Assembly: GCA_964187785.1 (NCBI GenBank)
Contig: OZ076409.1
Location: forward strand, 72,976,001-73,040,000
Origin: Amphiscolops sp. MND2022
Taxonomy: Eukaryota
Reading direction: 5' to 3'
DNA: 64,000 bases
The notes under the pieces are model-generated. The model had not been told where the DNA came from. It worked only from the letters and a program-made list of their open reading frames with translations, and did not search any database. The translations under genes and the position numbers were made by a program. This document shows, piece after piece, positions 1 through 10,200 of the stretch (position 1 is its first letter; every line of letters starts with the position of its first letter).

Positions 1-140
1 CCAAACTACGGCCCTTACCTTCCCGAGCTACGCAGTATAAAGATTGCATATTGGTTCCGACATTTTGATAGAGTTATATCTTGGTAATCTGTCTGGATAC
101 GCAGAAAAACCAGCACGTGCTTTTTTTACCAAGTTGCTTA

Positions 141-225
141 CAACGACATTTATTTTATATCAACGCCCCCATCTTTATCAACGCCCCCCGTCCGTGGGCA
201 TGCCGAGGCATGCCCTTCGACGACG
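141..225. other. Conserved core (representative copy): CAACG direct repeats followed by the 20-bp palindrome GGGCATGCC-GA-GGCATGCCC (196-215)
   Basis: CAACG occurs at 141, 161 and 179. The palindrome has perfect 9-bp arms and is flanked by CGTC...GACG. It is the only long element essentially invariant in all 47 units. Confidence 0.95.
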
Positions 226-692
226 CGCACCAAAATTTTCACCGAGCGCGTTAGCCTGGGTGGCCGGAAATTTTTTTTTCAGCAAAATCTTTGCCATTGG
301 GGGAGGGGCCCCGGATGGCCAGTAGTTCGGCTTGGCTACCTGCAAATTCAGGTACAAAAAAACACGATCTCAAAATTGGCCCGTCAGAATTCGCTCATTT
401 TTTGCATGCGGCCCTAGAATCAATATATAAGAACAAAGTCCTGCTGACGTTTTGCCGAAAAAACATTTTTTGTTGACCAAAAATAACATTTTTCATGCCA
501 AAATTACCGTTTTTTCACATTTTTCAACTTTGAGAGCTCATATCTCGTTCCCAGGTGCCCGGAGCGGTTCGCACGTGAACTGCAATATTGCTCAACGTTG
601 TTAACGGAGTGCGTGGACAAATTTTGGTCCAAATTGGACTTAATCTCGGGGAGATATAAACGGATTTTTGGGGGTTTCCGGGGTAAATTTTT

Positions 693-840
693 TAACGGTC
701 CAGCTTATCTTTGCCATTTTTTCGAAAATGTACTCGCCTAAAGGCCTCCCCCTGGCCGAATTTCCTCCCAGCAAAACCATTTGGCCCTAAATACGGAGTT
801 TCAGCGTTCTAGCATTTCCGGGCGAAAAGTTGTGGGACTT
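693..840 (+). repeat. Central conserved ~150-bp block of standard units (representative copy)
   Basis: TAACGGTCCAGCTTATCTTTGCCATTTTTTCGAAAATG...CCTAAAGGCCTCCCC...CCATTTGGCCCTAAATACGGAGTTTCAGCGTT...AAAAGTTGTGGGACTT is near-identical in most standard units. Only its 3' part is present in the units at ~20.8, 22.0, 58.1 and 62.0 kb, and it is absent from unit 9189-10489. Confidence 0.9.
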
Positions 841-1229
841 AGAAAAAATTCAAAATTTTTCAAAAATTTTTTTTTCGTTTTCCGGCCCCCCAATGAAGGG
901 GAACGACCCCCCAACTAGGATTTTTGGTGAATCCATGTGAAAGGGTCTTGTTTAGTGAAGAAAAATGCCGTTTAGAGCGACTTTTTATCTTAACTTGACG
1001 TTGACTTATGCCGTTTCGAATTTGATATTAGTATGTGTTGAGCATGTGAAAAGTTGAATATTTCAGTTGTTCTTTCGTGTTAGCCATTGAGATACAAGCT
1101 GTAGTGATCAAAATGTGATTTTTCGCAGTTTCGTGGTGCTTTTGGTGTATTTTGATTCTTTTGATAAAAAAGTTGTTCTTTATATATTGACAATTTTGGT
1201 GTATTGATTCAAATGAACATGAAACAGTT

Positions 1230-1272
1230 GAGTACATTTCATCTCCCTCTTGAGGGAGATGAGAATGTACTC
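1230..1272. other. Type-1 bulged hairpin (representative copy), ~240-265 bp upstream of the core in every standard unit
   Basis: GAGTACATT(C/T)-CATCTCCC-loop-GGGAGATG-A-GAATGTACTC: about 10-bp outer stem, one extra base in the 3' arm, 8-10-bp inner stem and a variable loop. It is usually preceded by AAACAGTT. Confidence 0.92.
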
Positions 1273-4200
1273 GCTAAAGTCCTAGTACTATGGCCCATTT
1301 TTGTTTTTTTCAGACGCAGATACTGCCAACGGATACTTTTTGCTGGTGCAACTTTCCTGTGCACAATGTCTTTAGAAGCTAGAAAACTCTATGTCTCTAG
1401 CTTACTTCTCCTACAAATTCGTCACCGACGTCAACGCCACACACTCTCACTAACGCCCACCGTCTGTGGGCATGCCGAGGCATGCCCTTCGACGACGTAT
1501 GCCAAATAGCGCCACAGGGCGCCCAATTTTGTCTAGGTGCCGGGATTTCTATTCGTTCGAGTAAGTGGCGCGTGTGGGTAGGGCCCCTGGCGCGCTCTTG
1601 TGTTTCGGGTTTTCCTACTCCTAAACCGCGTTCAGATTTTCGGGATCTCGTAAACTAGCCATACGATTTGGCTGAAATTTGGCACACGTACCCCCCTCGG
1701 CACGGTGAAGATGATTCCCTACTGACGTTTTGCCCGCTAAACATTTTTTGTTGACCAAAATAACGGTTTTTGGTGGAAAATTTTCAACTTTTTTTAAATT
1801 TCATCTTATATCTCGCCCCAGGTTTACGCTAGCGCTTCAAAACCTTGCTGACGAAACTTCGCAAACTGTCTCAGGAATGCGGTGTGAAATTTTCAGCTCA
1901 ATCGAACTTAAACTCGGGGAGATATAGCGTTTTTCCGGAGCGGGGGGGTTTCATTTTTCTAACGGTTCAGCTTATCTTTGCCATTTTTTCGAAAATGTAC
2001 TCGCCTAAAGGCCTCCCCTGGCCGGTTTTACTCCCAAAAAAACCATTTGGCCCAAAATACGGAGTTTCAGCGTTCTAGCATTCCGGGGCGAAAAGTTGTG
2101 GGACTTAGTAAATTTCAAAAATTTTCAAAAATTTTTTTTTCGTTATTTGGGCCCCCAAAGTGGGGGAAAAGACCCCCCAACCAGTAATTTGAGTGAATTC
2201 ATGTGGAAAGGCCATGTTTAGCGGAGAAAAATGCCGTTTAGATCGTCTTTTTATTTTAACCTGTTGTTGACTTATGTTGTTTTGAAGGTGATGTTTGGAT
2301 GTGTGAAGCATGTGAAAATGTAATTTTTTGTGTCTTTATCTCTTCTAAAAGCCATTGAGATGCAATCTGTTTTGCTCAAAACGTAATTCAATGCAATTTG
2401 GCAGTCAATGAACACAATTTGGTGTCTTTTGACATATTTTTCTGTTGATATAATAAAAAATTTTGTGTCTTTATTCATATTTTTTAAATGAAATAACTTG
2501 AAACAGTTGAGTACATTCCATCCCCCCTTCCGGGGGAGATGGAAATGTACTCGCTAAAAGCCGCGAACAAGAGCCCATACCTTCCTGCGCTACGCAGTAT
2601 AAAGATTGCATGTTGGTTCCGACTTTTTGGTAGTGTTATATCTTGGTAATTTGACTGAATATGGAGAAAAATCAGCACGTGCTCTTTTATAGCAAGTTGC
2701 TGACAACGACAATTTTTTTTTATCAACGCCCCCATATTTATCAACGCCCCCCGTCCGTGGGCATGCCGAGGCATGCCCTTCGACGACGTGCACCAAGATA
2801 TACCCCAAGCGCGTTAGCCTAGGTGCCGGGATTTCTATTCGTTCGAGTATGTGGCGCGTGTGGGTAGGGCCCCTGGCGCGCTCTTTTATTTCGGGTACAC
2901 CTACTCCAAATTCACGATGTGATTTCGACGATCTCGTAAACTAGCCACACGATTTGGCTGAAATTTGGCACACGTACCCCCCTCGGCACGGTGAAGATGA
3001 TTTTCTACTGACGTTTTTCCCGCTAAACATTTTTTGTTGACCAAAATAACGGTTTTTGGGGTAAAATTTTCAACTTTTTTTAAATTTCATCTTATATCTC
3101 GCCACGGGTACACGCTAGCGCTTCCAAACCTTGCTGACGAAAGTTTGCAAACTGTCTCAGGAATGCTGTGTGAAATTTTCAGCTCAATCGGACTTAAACT
3201 CGAGGAGATATAGCGTTTTTCCGGAGCGGGGGGGTTTCATTTTTCTAACGGTCCAGCTTATCTTTGCCATTTTTTCGAAAATGCACTCGCCTAAAGGCCT
3301 CCCCTGGCCGGTTTTACTCCCAAAAAAACCATTTGGCCCTAAATACGGAGTTTCAGCGTTCTAGCATTCTCGGGCGAAAAGTTGTGGGACTTAGAAAATT
3401 TCAAAAATTTTCAAAAAATTTTTTTTTGTTATTTGGGCCCCCAAAGTGGGGGAAAGGACCCCCCAACCATTAATTTGAGTGAATGCATGTGCAAAGCCCT
3501 TGTATAGAGGAGAAAAATGCCGTTTAGAACGTCTTTTTATCTTTACTCAACGTTGACTTATGACGTTTTGAAGGTGACCGTTAGATATGGAAAATTGATG
3601 TTTTGAGTATTTATCTCATCTGAAAGCCATTGAGATACAACATGTTTTGCTCAAAACGGGTTTCATTGCAGTTTCGCTGTCTATTAACACCCTTTGGTGA
3701 CTTTTGACATATTTTTGCTTTTATATAAAACCAATTTTTTGTGCATTTTTTCTTTTTTTTTCATCTAATATCTTGAAACAGTTGAGTACATTCCATCTCC
3801 CTTCCCGGGGGAGATGAGAATGTACTCGCTAAAAGCCAAGAACTACGGCCAATACCTTCCCGAGCTATGCACTACAAATATTGCATATGCATGCAGACCT
3901 TTTGATACATTTTTATCTTTGTAGATTGACTGGAAAAACCGAAAACTCTGTCCTGATTATACAAAGTTTCCTCACAACGACACATGTTTACGTCAACGCC
4001 CCATAGTTCTTATCAACGCCCCCCGTCCGTGGGCATGCCGAGGCATGCCCTTCGACGACGTGCACCAAAATATATTCGAGCGCGGTAGCCGCTAGGTGGC
4101 CGTGTCTTTTCGACGTGCTTTTGCATTGAGGAGTGGGTAGGGCCCCGCGACGACCTAGAAGAATTGGATGCTCACCGAAACGTGCAGAATTCTACGAGAT

Positions 4201-7200
4201 CTCATAGTTTGAGCCATACGATTTTTCTGAAATTTGGCATGTGGCCTGGAATTGGTGAGTAGGTAAAACGTGTAGGAGGTAATTTTTCCCAAATTCCATT
4301 GTGAGAGGAGATATGGGCAAATAACGGTCCCAAAAATGGCAAAATTGCACTTTTTTCAACTTTGTCAGCCCATATCTCGTTCCCAGGTGCCCGGAGCGGG
4401 ACGCGTTAAGCTGATTATAAACTCTAGGGTGTTGAGGCGGTACGGTGAACTTGGGCCCGTTCCGATCGGACTTGTAGTCTTGGAGAAATAACGGTATTTT
4501 TGGGGAACCTTTTCTAACGGTCCAGCTTATCTTTGCCATTTTTTCGAAAATGTACTCGCCTAAAGGCCTCCCCCTGGCCGAATTTACTCCCAGCAAAACC
4601 ATTTGGCCCTAAATACGGAGTTTCAGCGTTCCAGCATTCCCGGGCGAAAAGTTGTGGGACTTGGAAAATTTTCAAAAATTTTCAAAAAATTTTTTTTTCG
4701 TTTTCCGGGCCCCCAATGAAGGGGAAACGACCCCCCAACCAGTATTTTGAGTGAATTCATGTGGAAAGCCCTTGTTTTGACGAGAAAAATACCGTTTAGA
4801 ACATCTTTTTATCTTGACTCAACGTTGACTTATGACGTTTTGAATGTGATGTAAGGATGTAGGAGGCATGTGATAAGTTGATGTTTTGAGTCTTTATCTC
4901 ATATGAAAGCGGTTGAGATGCAAGCTGTCCTGCTCAAAACGTCTTTCGTTGTAATTTTCCAGTGCACCAATACCCTTTGGTGTCATATAAACATACTTTT
5001 TGTCGATATATTAACAATTTTAATGTATTTATTCCAATTTTTATTATCTTATAACTCAAAACAGTTGAGTACATTTCATCTCCCTTTCGGGGGAGATGAG
5101 AATGTACTCGCTAAAGACCTAGCGCCATGACCAAAAGTTTGAAACCCACGTTTTTTATCTTCTTACAGACTTGTTTTTGTATTTTTTCGGAATTTTTTAA
5201 AAATTAATATACTTGAAATACATTACTTGACTTTACTACTACAACCCACCTCCAACGACAACGCCCCCTGCTTGCATCAACGCCCACCGTCCGTGGGCAT
5301 GCCGAGGCATGCCCTTCGACGACGTATGCCAAATGCCCAGTGCCACGCAGTCATTATCGCTAGGTGGCCGTGTCTTTTCGACGTGCTTTTGCATCGAGGA
5401 GTGGGTAGGGCCCCGCGACGACCTAGAAGAATTGGATGCTCACCGAAACGTGCAGAATTCTACGAGATCTCATAGTTTGAGCCATACGATTTTTCTGAAA
5501 TTTGGCATGTGGCCTGGAATTGGTGAGTAGGTAAAACGTGTAGGAGGTGATTTTTCCCAAATTCCACTGTGAGACGAGATATGGGCAAATAACGGTCCCA
5601 AAAATGGCAAAAATGCACTTTTTTCAACTTTGTCAGCCCATATCTCGTTCCCAGGTGCCCGGAGCGGGACGCGTTAAGCTGATTATAAACTCTAGGGTGT
5701 TGAGGCTGTACGGGGAAGTCAGGCCCGTTCCGATCGGACTTGTAGTCTTGGAGAAATAACGGTATTTTTGGGGAACCTTTTCTAACGGTCCAGCTTATCT
5801 TTGCCATTTTTTCGAAAATGTACTCGCCTAAAGGCCTCCCCCTGGCCGAATTTACTCCCAGCAAAACCATTTGGCCCTAAATACGGAGTTTCAGCGTTCC
5901 AGCATTCCCGGGCGAAAAGTTGTGGGACTTGGAAAATTTTCAAAAATTTTCAAAAAAATTTTTTTCGTTTTCCGGGCCCCCAATGAAGGGGAAACGACCC
6001 CCCAACCAGTATTTTGAGTGAATTCATGTGGAAAGCCCTTGTTTTGACGAGAAAAATACCGTTTAGAACATCTTTTTATCTTGACTCAACGTTGACTTAT
6101 GACGTTTTGAATGTGATGTAAGGATGTAGGAGGCATGTGATAAGTTGATGTTTTGAGTCTTTATCTCATATGAAAGCGGTTGAGATGCAAGCTGTCCTGC
6201 TCAAAACGTCTTTCGTTGTAATTTTCCAGTGCACCAATACCCTTTGGTGTCATATAAACATACTTTTTGTCGATATATTAACAATTTTAATGTATTTATT
6301 CCAATTTTTATTATCTTATAACTCAAAACAGTTGAGTACATTTCATCTCCCTTTCGGGGGAGATGAGAATGTACTCGCTAAAGACCTAGCGCCATGACCA
6401 AAAGTTTGAAACCCACGTTTTTTATCTTCTTACAGACTTGTTTTTGTATTTTTTCGGATTTTTTTAAAAATTAATATACTTGAAATACATTACTTGACTT
6501 TACTACTACAATCCACCTCCAACGACAACGCCCCCCTGCTTGCATCAACGCCCACCGTCCGTGGGCATGCCGAGGCATGCCCTTCGACGACGTATGCCAA
6601 ATGCCCAGTGCCACGCAGTCATTATCGCTAGGTGCCGGGATTTCTATTCGATAAAGTATGTGGCGCGTGTGGGTAGGGTCCCTGGCGCGCTCTTGGGTAT
6701 GGTGTTCACCAGCTAGGAAATAGGGGTCGATTTTTCGGGATCTCCTAAACTAGCCACACGATTTGGCTGAAATTTGGCACACGTACCCCCCTCGGCACGG
6801 TGAAGATGATTTCCTACTGACGTTTTTCCCGCAAAATTTTTTTTGTTGTCCAAAATAACGGTTTTTGGGGTAAATTTTTGAACTTTTTTTAAATTTCATC
6901 TTATATCTCGCCACGGGTTTACGCTAGCGCTTCCAAACCCTGCTAAAGAAAGCTTGCAAACTGTCTCAGGAATGCGGTGTGAAATTTTCAGCTCAATCGG
7001 ACTCAAACTCAGGGAGATATAGCGTTTTTCCGGAGCGGGGGGGTTTCATTTTTCTAACGGTCCAGCTTATCTTAGCCATTTTTTCGAAAATGCACTCGCC
7101 TAAAGGCCTCCCCTGGCCGGTTTTATTCCCAGCAAAACCATTTGGCCCTAAATACGGAGTTTCAGCGTTCCAGCATTCCCGGGCGAAAAGTTGTGGGACT

Positions 7201-10200
7201 TAGAAAATTTCAAAAATTTTCAAAAAATTTTTTTTCCGTTATTTGGGCCCCCAAAGTGGGGGAAAAGACCCCCCAACCAGTAAAGCAAGTGAATGCATGT
7301 GCAAAGCCCTTGTTTAGAGGAGAAAAATGCCGTTTAGAACGTCTTTTTATCTTGGCTCAACGTTGACTTATGACGTTTTGAACGTGATGTTTGGAGGTGT
7401 AAAGCACGTGAATAGTAAACGTTATGAGTATTTATCTGATCTGAAAGCCATTGAGATGCAATATGGTTTGCTCAAAACGTAATTCATATCAGTTTGGTAG
7501 TCAATCAACACCCTTTGTTGTCGTTTGACATACTTTTCTGTTGTTATAATAAAAAATTTTGTGTATTTATTCATTTTTTTCTCATCAAATAACTTGAAAC
7601 AGTTGAGTACATTCCATCCCCCCCTTCCGGGGGAGATGAGAATGTACTCGCAAAAAGCCCCGAACTACGGCCCTTACCTTCCCGAGCTACGCAGTATAAG
7701 GATTACATATTGGTTCCGACATTTTCATAGAGTTAAATCTTGGTAATCTGTCTGGATATGCAGAAAAATCAGCACGTGCCTTTTAATACCAAGTTGCTTA
7801 CAACGACAATTATTTTTTATCAACGCCCCCATACTTATCAACGCCCCCCGTCCGTGGGCATGCCGAGGCATGCCCTTCGACGACGTGCACCAAGATATGC
7901 GTTAACGCGTTAGCCTAGGTGCCGGTGTTTTTTTACACAATGGGGGAAGTTGCGCGGTTGGGGAGGGTCCCTGACGCGCTCCCGGGATTTCGGATTTTTT
8001 AACCTTTACGTACCCATCAAAAATTTTGGGATCTCGAAAACTAGCCGTACGATTTGACTGAAATTTGGCACACGTACCCCCCTCGGCACGGTGAAGATGA
8101 TTCCCTACTGACGTTTTGCTCGCTAAACATTTTTTGTTGACCAAAATAACGGTTTTTGGTGGAAAATTTTCAACTTTTTTTAAATTTCATCTTATATCTC
8201 GCCACGGGTACACGCTAGCGCTTCGAAACCTTGCTGACGAAACCTTGCAAACTGTCTCAGGAATGCTGTGTGAAATTTTCAGCTCAATCGGACTTAAACT
8301 CGAGGAGATATAGCGTTTTTCCGGAGCGGGGGGGTTTCATTTTTCTAACGGTCCAGCTTATCTTTGCCATTTTTTCGAAAATGCACTCGCCTAAAGGCCT
8401 CCCCTGGCCGGTTTTACTCCCAGCAAAACCATTTGGCCCTAAATACGGAGTTTCAGCGTTCCAGCATTCCCGGGCGAAAAGTTGTGGGACTTAGAAAATT
8501 TCAAAAATTTTCAAAAATTTTTTTTTTCGTTATTTGGGCCCCCAAAGTGGGGGAAAAGACCCCCCAACCAGTGAAGCAAGTGAATGCATGTGCAAAGCCC
8601 TTGTTTAGAGGAGAAAAATGCCGTTTAGAACGTCTTTTTATCTTGGCTCAACGTTGACTTTTGTCGTTTTGAAGGTGACCGTTAGATACGGAAAATTGAT
8701 GTTTTGAGTGTTTATCCCATCTGAAAGCCATTGAGATACAACATGTTTTGCTCAAAACGTGTTTCATTGCAGTTTCGCTGTCCATTAACACCCTTTGGTG
8801 TCTTTTGACGTAATTTTCTTTTCTATAATAACAATTTCTTTGTGTATTTATTCATTTTTTTCTCATCAAATAACTTGAAACAGTTGAGTACATTCCATCT
8901 CCCTTCCCGGGGGAGATGAGAATGTACTCGCTAAAGGTCAGGAACTACGGTCTATATCTTCCACAACACAAAAGAGATTGCAAATTGTTTCAGTTTGTCG
9001 CAGAAAACTTCTTTTTGCACTCTGTGACTCGACAAAGTGAACGTTTCTTACTTACTTTGAATCTCACCATACCACAACTCATCTCTAACGTCAACGCCCC
9101 CCACACACATCAACGCCCCCCGTCCGTGGGCATGCCGAGGCATGCCCTTCGACGACGTATAGCAAAATATATTCGAACGCGGTAGCGGCTAGGTGGCCAC
9201 GACCATGGTTTCTTGCGTATCTTGTCGAATCCTTTGTCGTTGCCGGCCGGGGAGGGACCCGTTTGCCGGCGTGTGTAGTGTGGGGCCCCCATACCCAAAA
9301 AGTGGTATTTTTTTCAGAGATCTCAAAATCGGCCCGTCAGAATTGCCTGAAATTTGGCATGAGGCTCCCAATTGGGGAAAAAATAAGAAGTGTAGGAGGC
9401 GACTTGTTCGGGTAAATATTGTATGTTGACTTTTGGCCAAAATAGTGTTCCCCCCCAACATGGGCAAAATCACATGAGGTGTAAAAATATGATCACAACT
9501 TTTGAACCTTTGGATTTAGGGGTACGGTCGTGGACCACATTAAGCAAGAGCTTTGGTGAGCGGGTAGGATAGATGGGTTTTGATCCCAGTACCTTCAACC
9601 ACTTTTGAGAAATTAACGTTTCAAACAAACATCCGGGAGGTATATGTAGCCCCTGAAGGCAGGTTTTTCGCCATTTTCAATGTGAAGGAGTGGGTTTAGC
9701 GCAACGTGTGTGGGGTGCTTTTTTGTTGCCCGTGTGCGGAGCGTTGTATAGAGGTGCTGGTTGTTGAAATTGGAAAAGTTGGTAAAAAGTTATACCTATA
9801 CCCCCCCTACTGTCTCTGCCATTCAATTTTTTTTTCAACTTCAGGCCTCCCAAAGGTGAGAAACTTCCACACAACTAGTATTGCAAGTGAATGCATGTGG
9901 AAAGTACTCGGATAGACGAGAAAAATGAGCTATAGAACGACTCTGTAGCTTAACTTGACGTTGACTTATGACATTTTGAGTGTGAGCTTGCTATGTGAGA
10001 AAAAAATTCAAAATTGAAAATCAAAGCTAAGTCTCATCCAAAACTCATCGAAATACGTTCAATCCATCCCAAAGCGGATTAATTCCAGATATACAGTGCA
10101 GCAACACTATTCAAGACCATTTGACACAATTTTACTAGTTTTGACATTGTATTATTCATCCGAGAGCACAAAACAGTTGGGTACATTCCATCTCCCTTTC

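Larger units (their letters stand above)
256..1532 (+). mobile_element. One complete unit, junction to junction; putative non-autonomous mobile unit or cassette of unidentified family
   Basis: It starts at CTGGGTG (256) and ends before CTAGGTG (1533). A near-identical copy at 10490-11767 has different neighbours on both sides. Mobility is inferred; no transposase or recombinase is encoded in the window. Confidence 0.4.

Noticed and set aside
196..262. Canonical Helitron 3' end (hairpin plus CTRR)
   Set aside because: The hairpin-to-CTAG distance is 40-55 bp, longer than typical. The following unit starts GTG rather than TC, and no A/T target is visible. It is not callable and is mentioned only as a candidate mechanism.
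159..915. Kinetoplastid minicircle-like concatemer (GGGCGTT resembles CSB-1; bent DNA; ~1.3 kb)
   Set aside because: I saw no universal minicircle sequence GGGGTTGGTGTA and no CSB-1/2/3 arrangement.
1227..1272. Canonical integron attC (GTTGAGT fits GTTRRRY; bulged hairpin)
   Set aside because: The box is at the wrong end with no matching RYYYAAC partner. Unit boundaries do not map here, and there are no cassette ORFs or intI. I kept it only as an analogy.
1845..1900. Hammerhead ribozyme (CTGACGA...GAAA)
   Set aside because: I could not build convincing stems I-III. Sister alleles read CTAACGA or CTAAAGA, which break the catalytic core.
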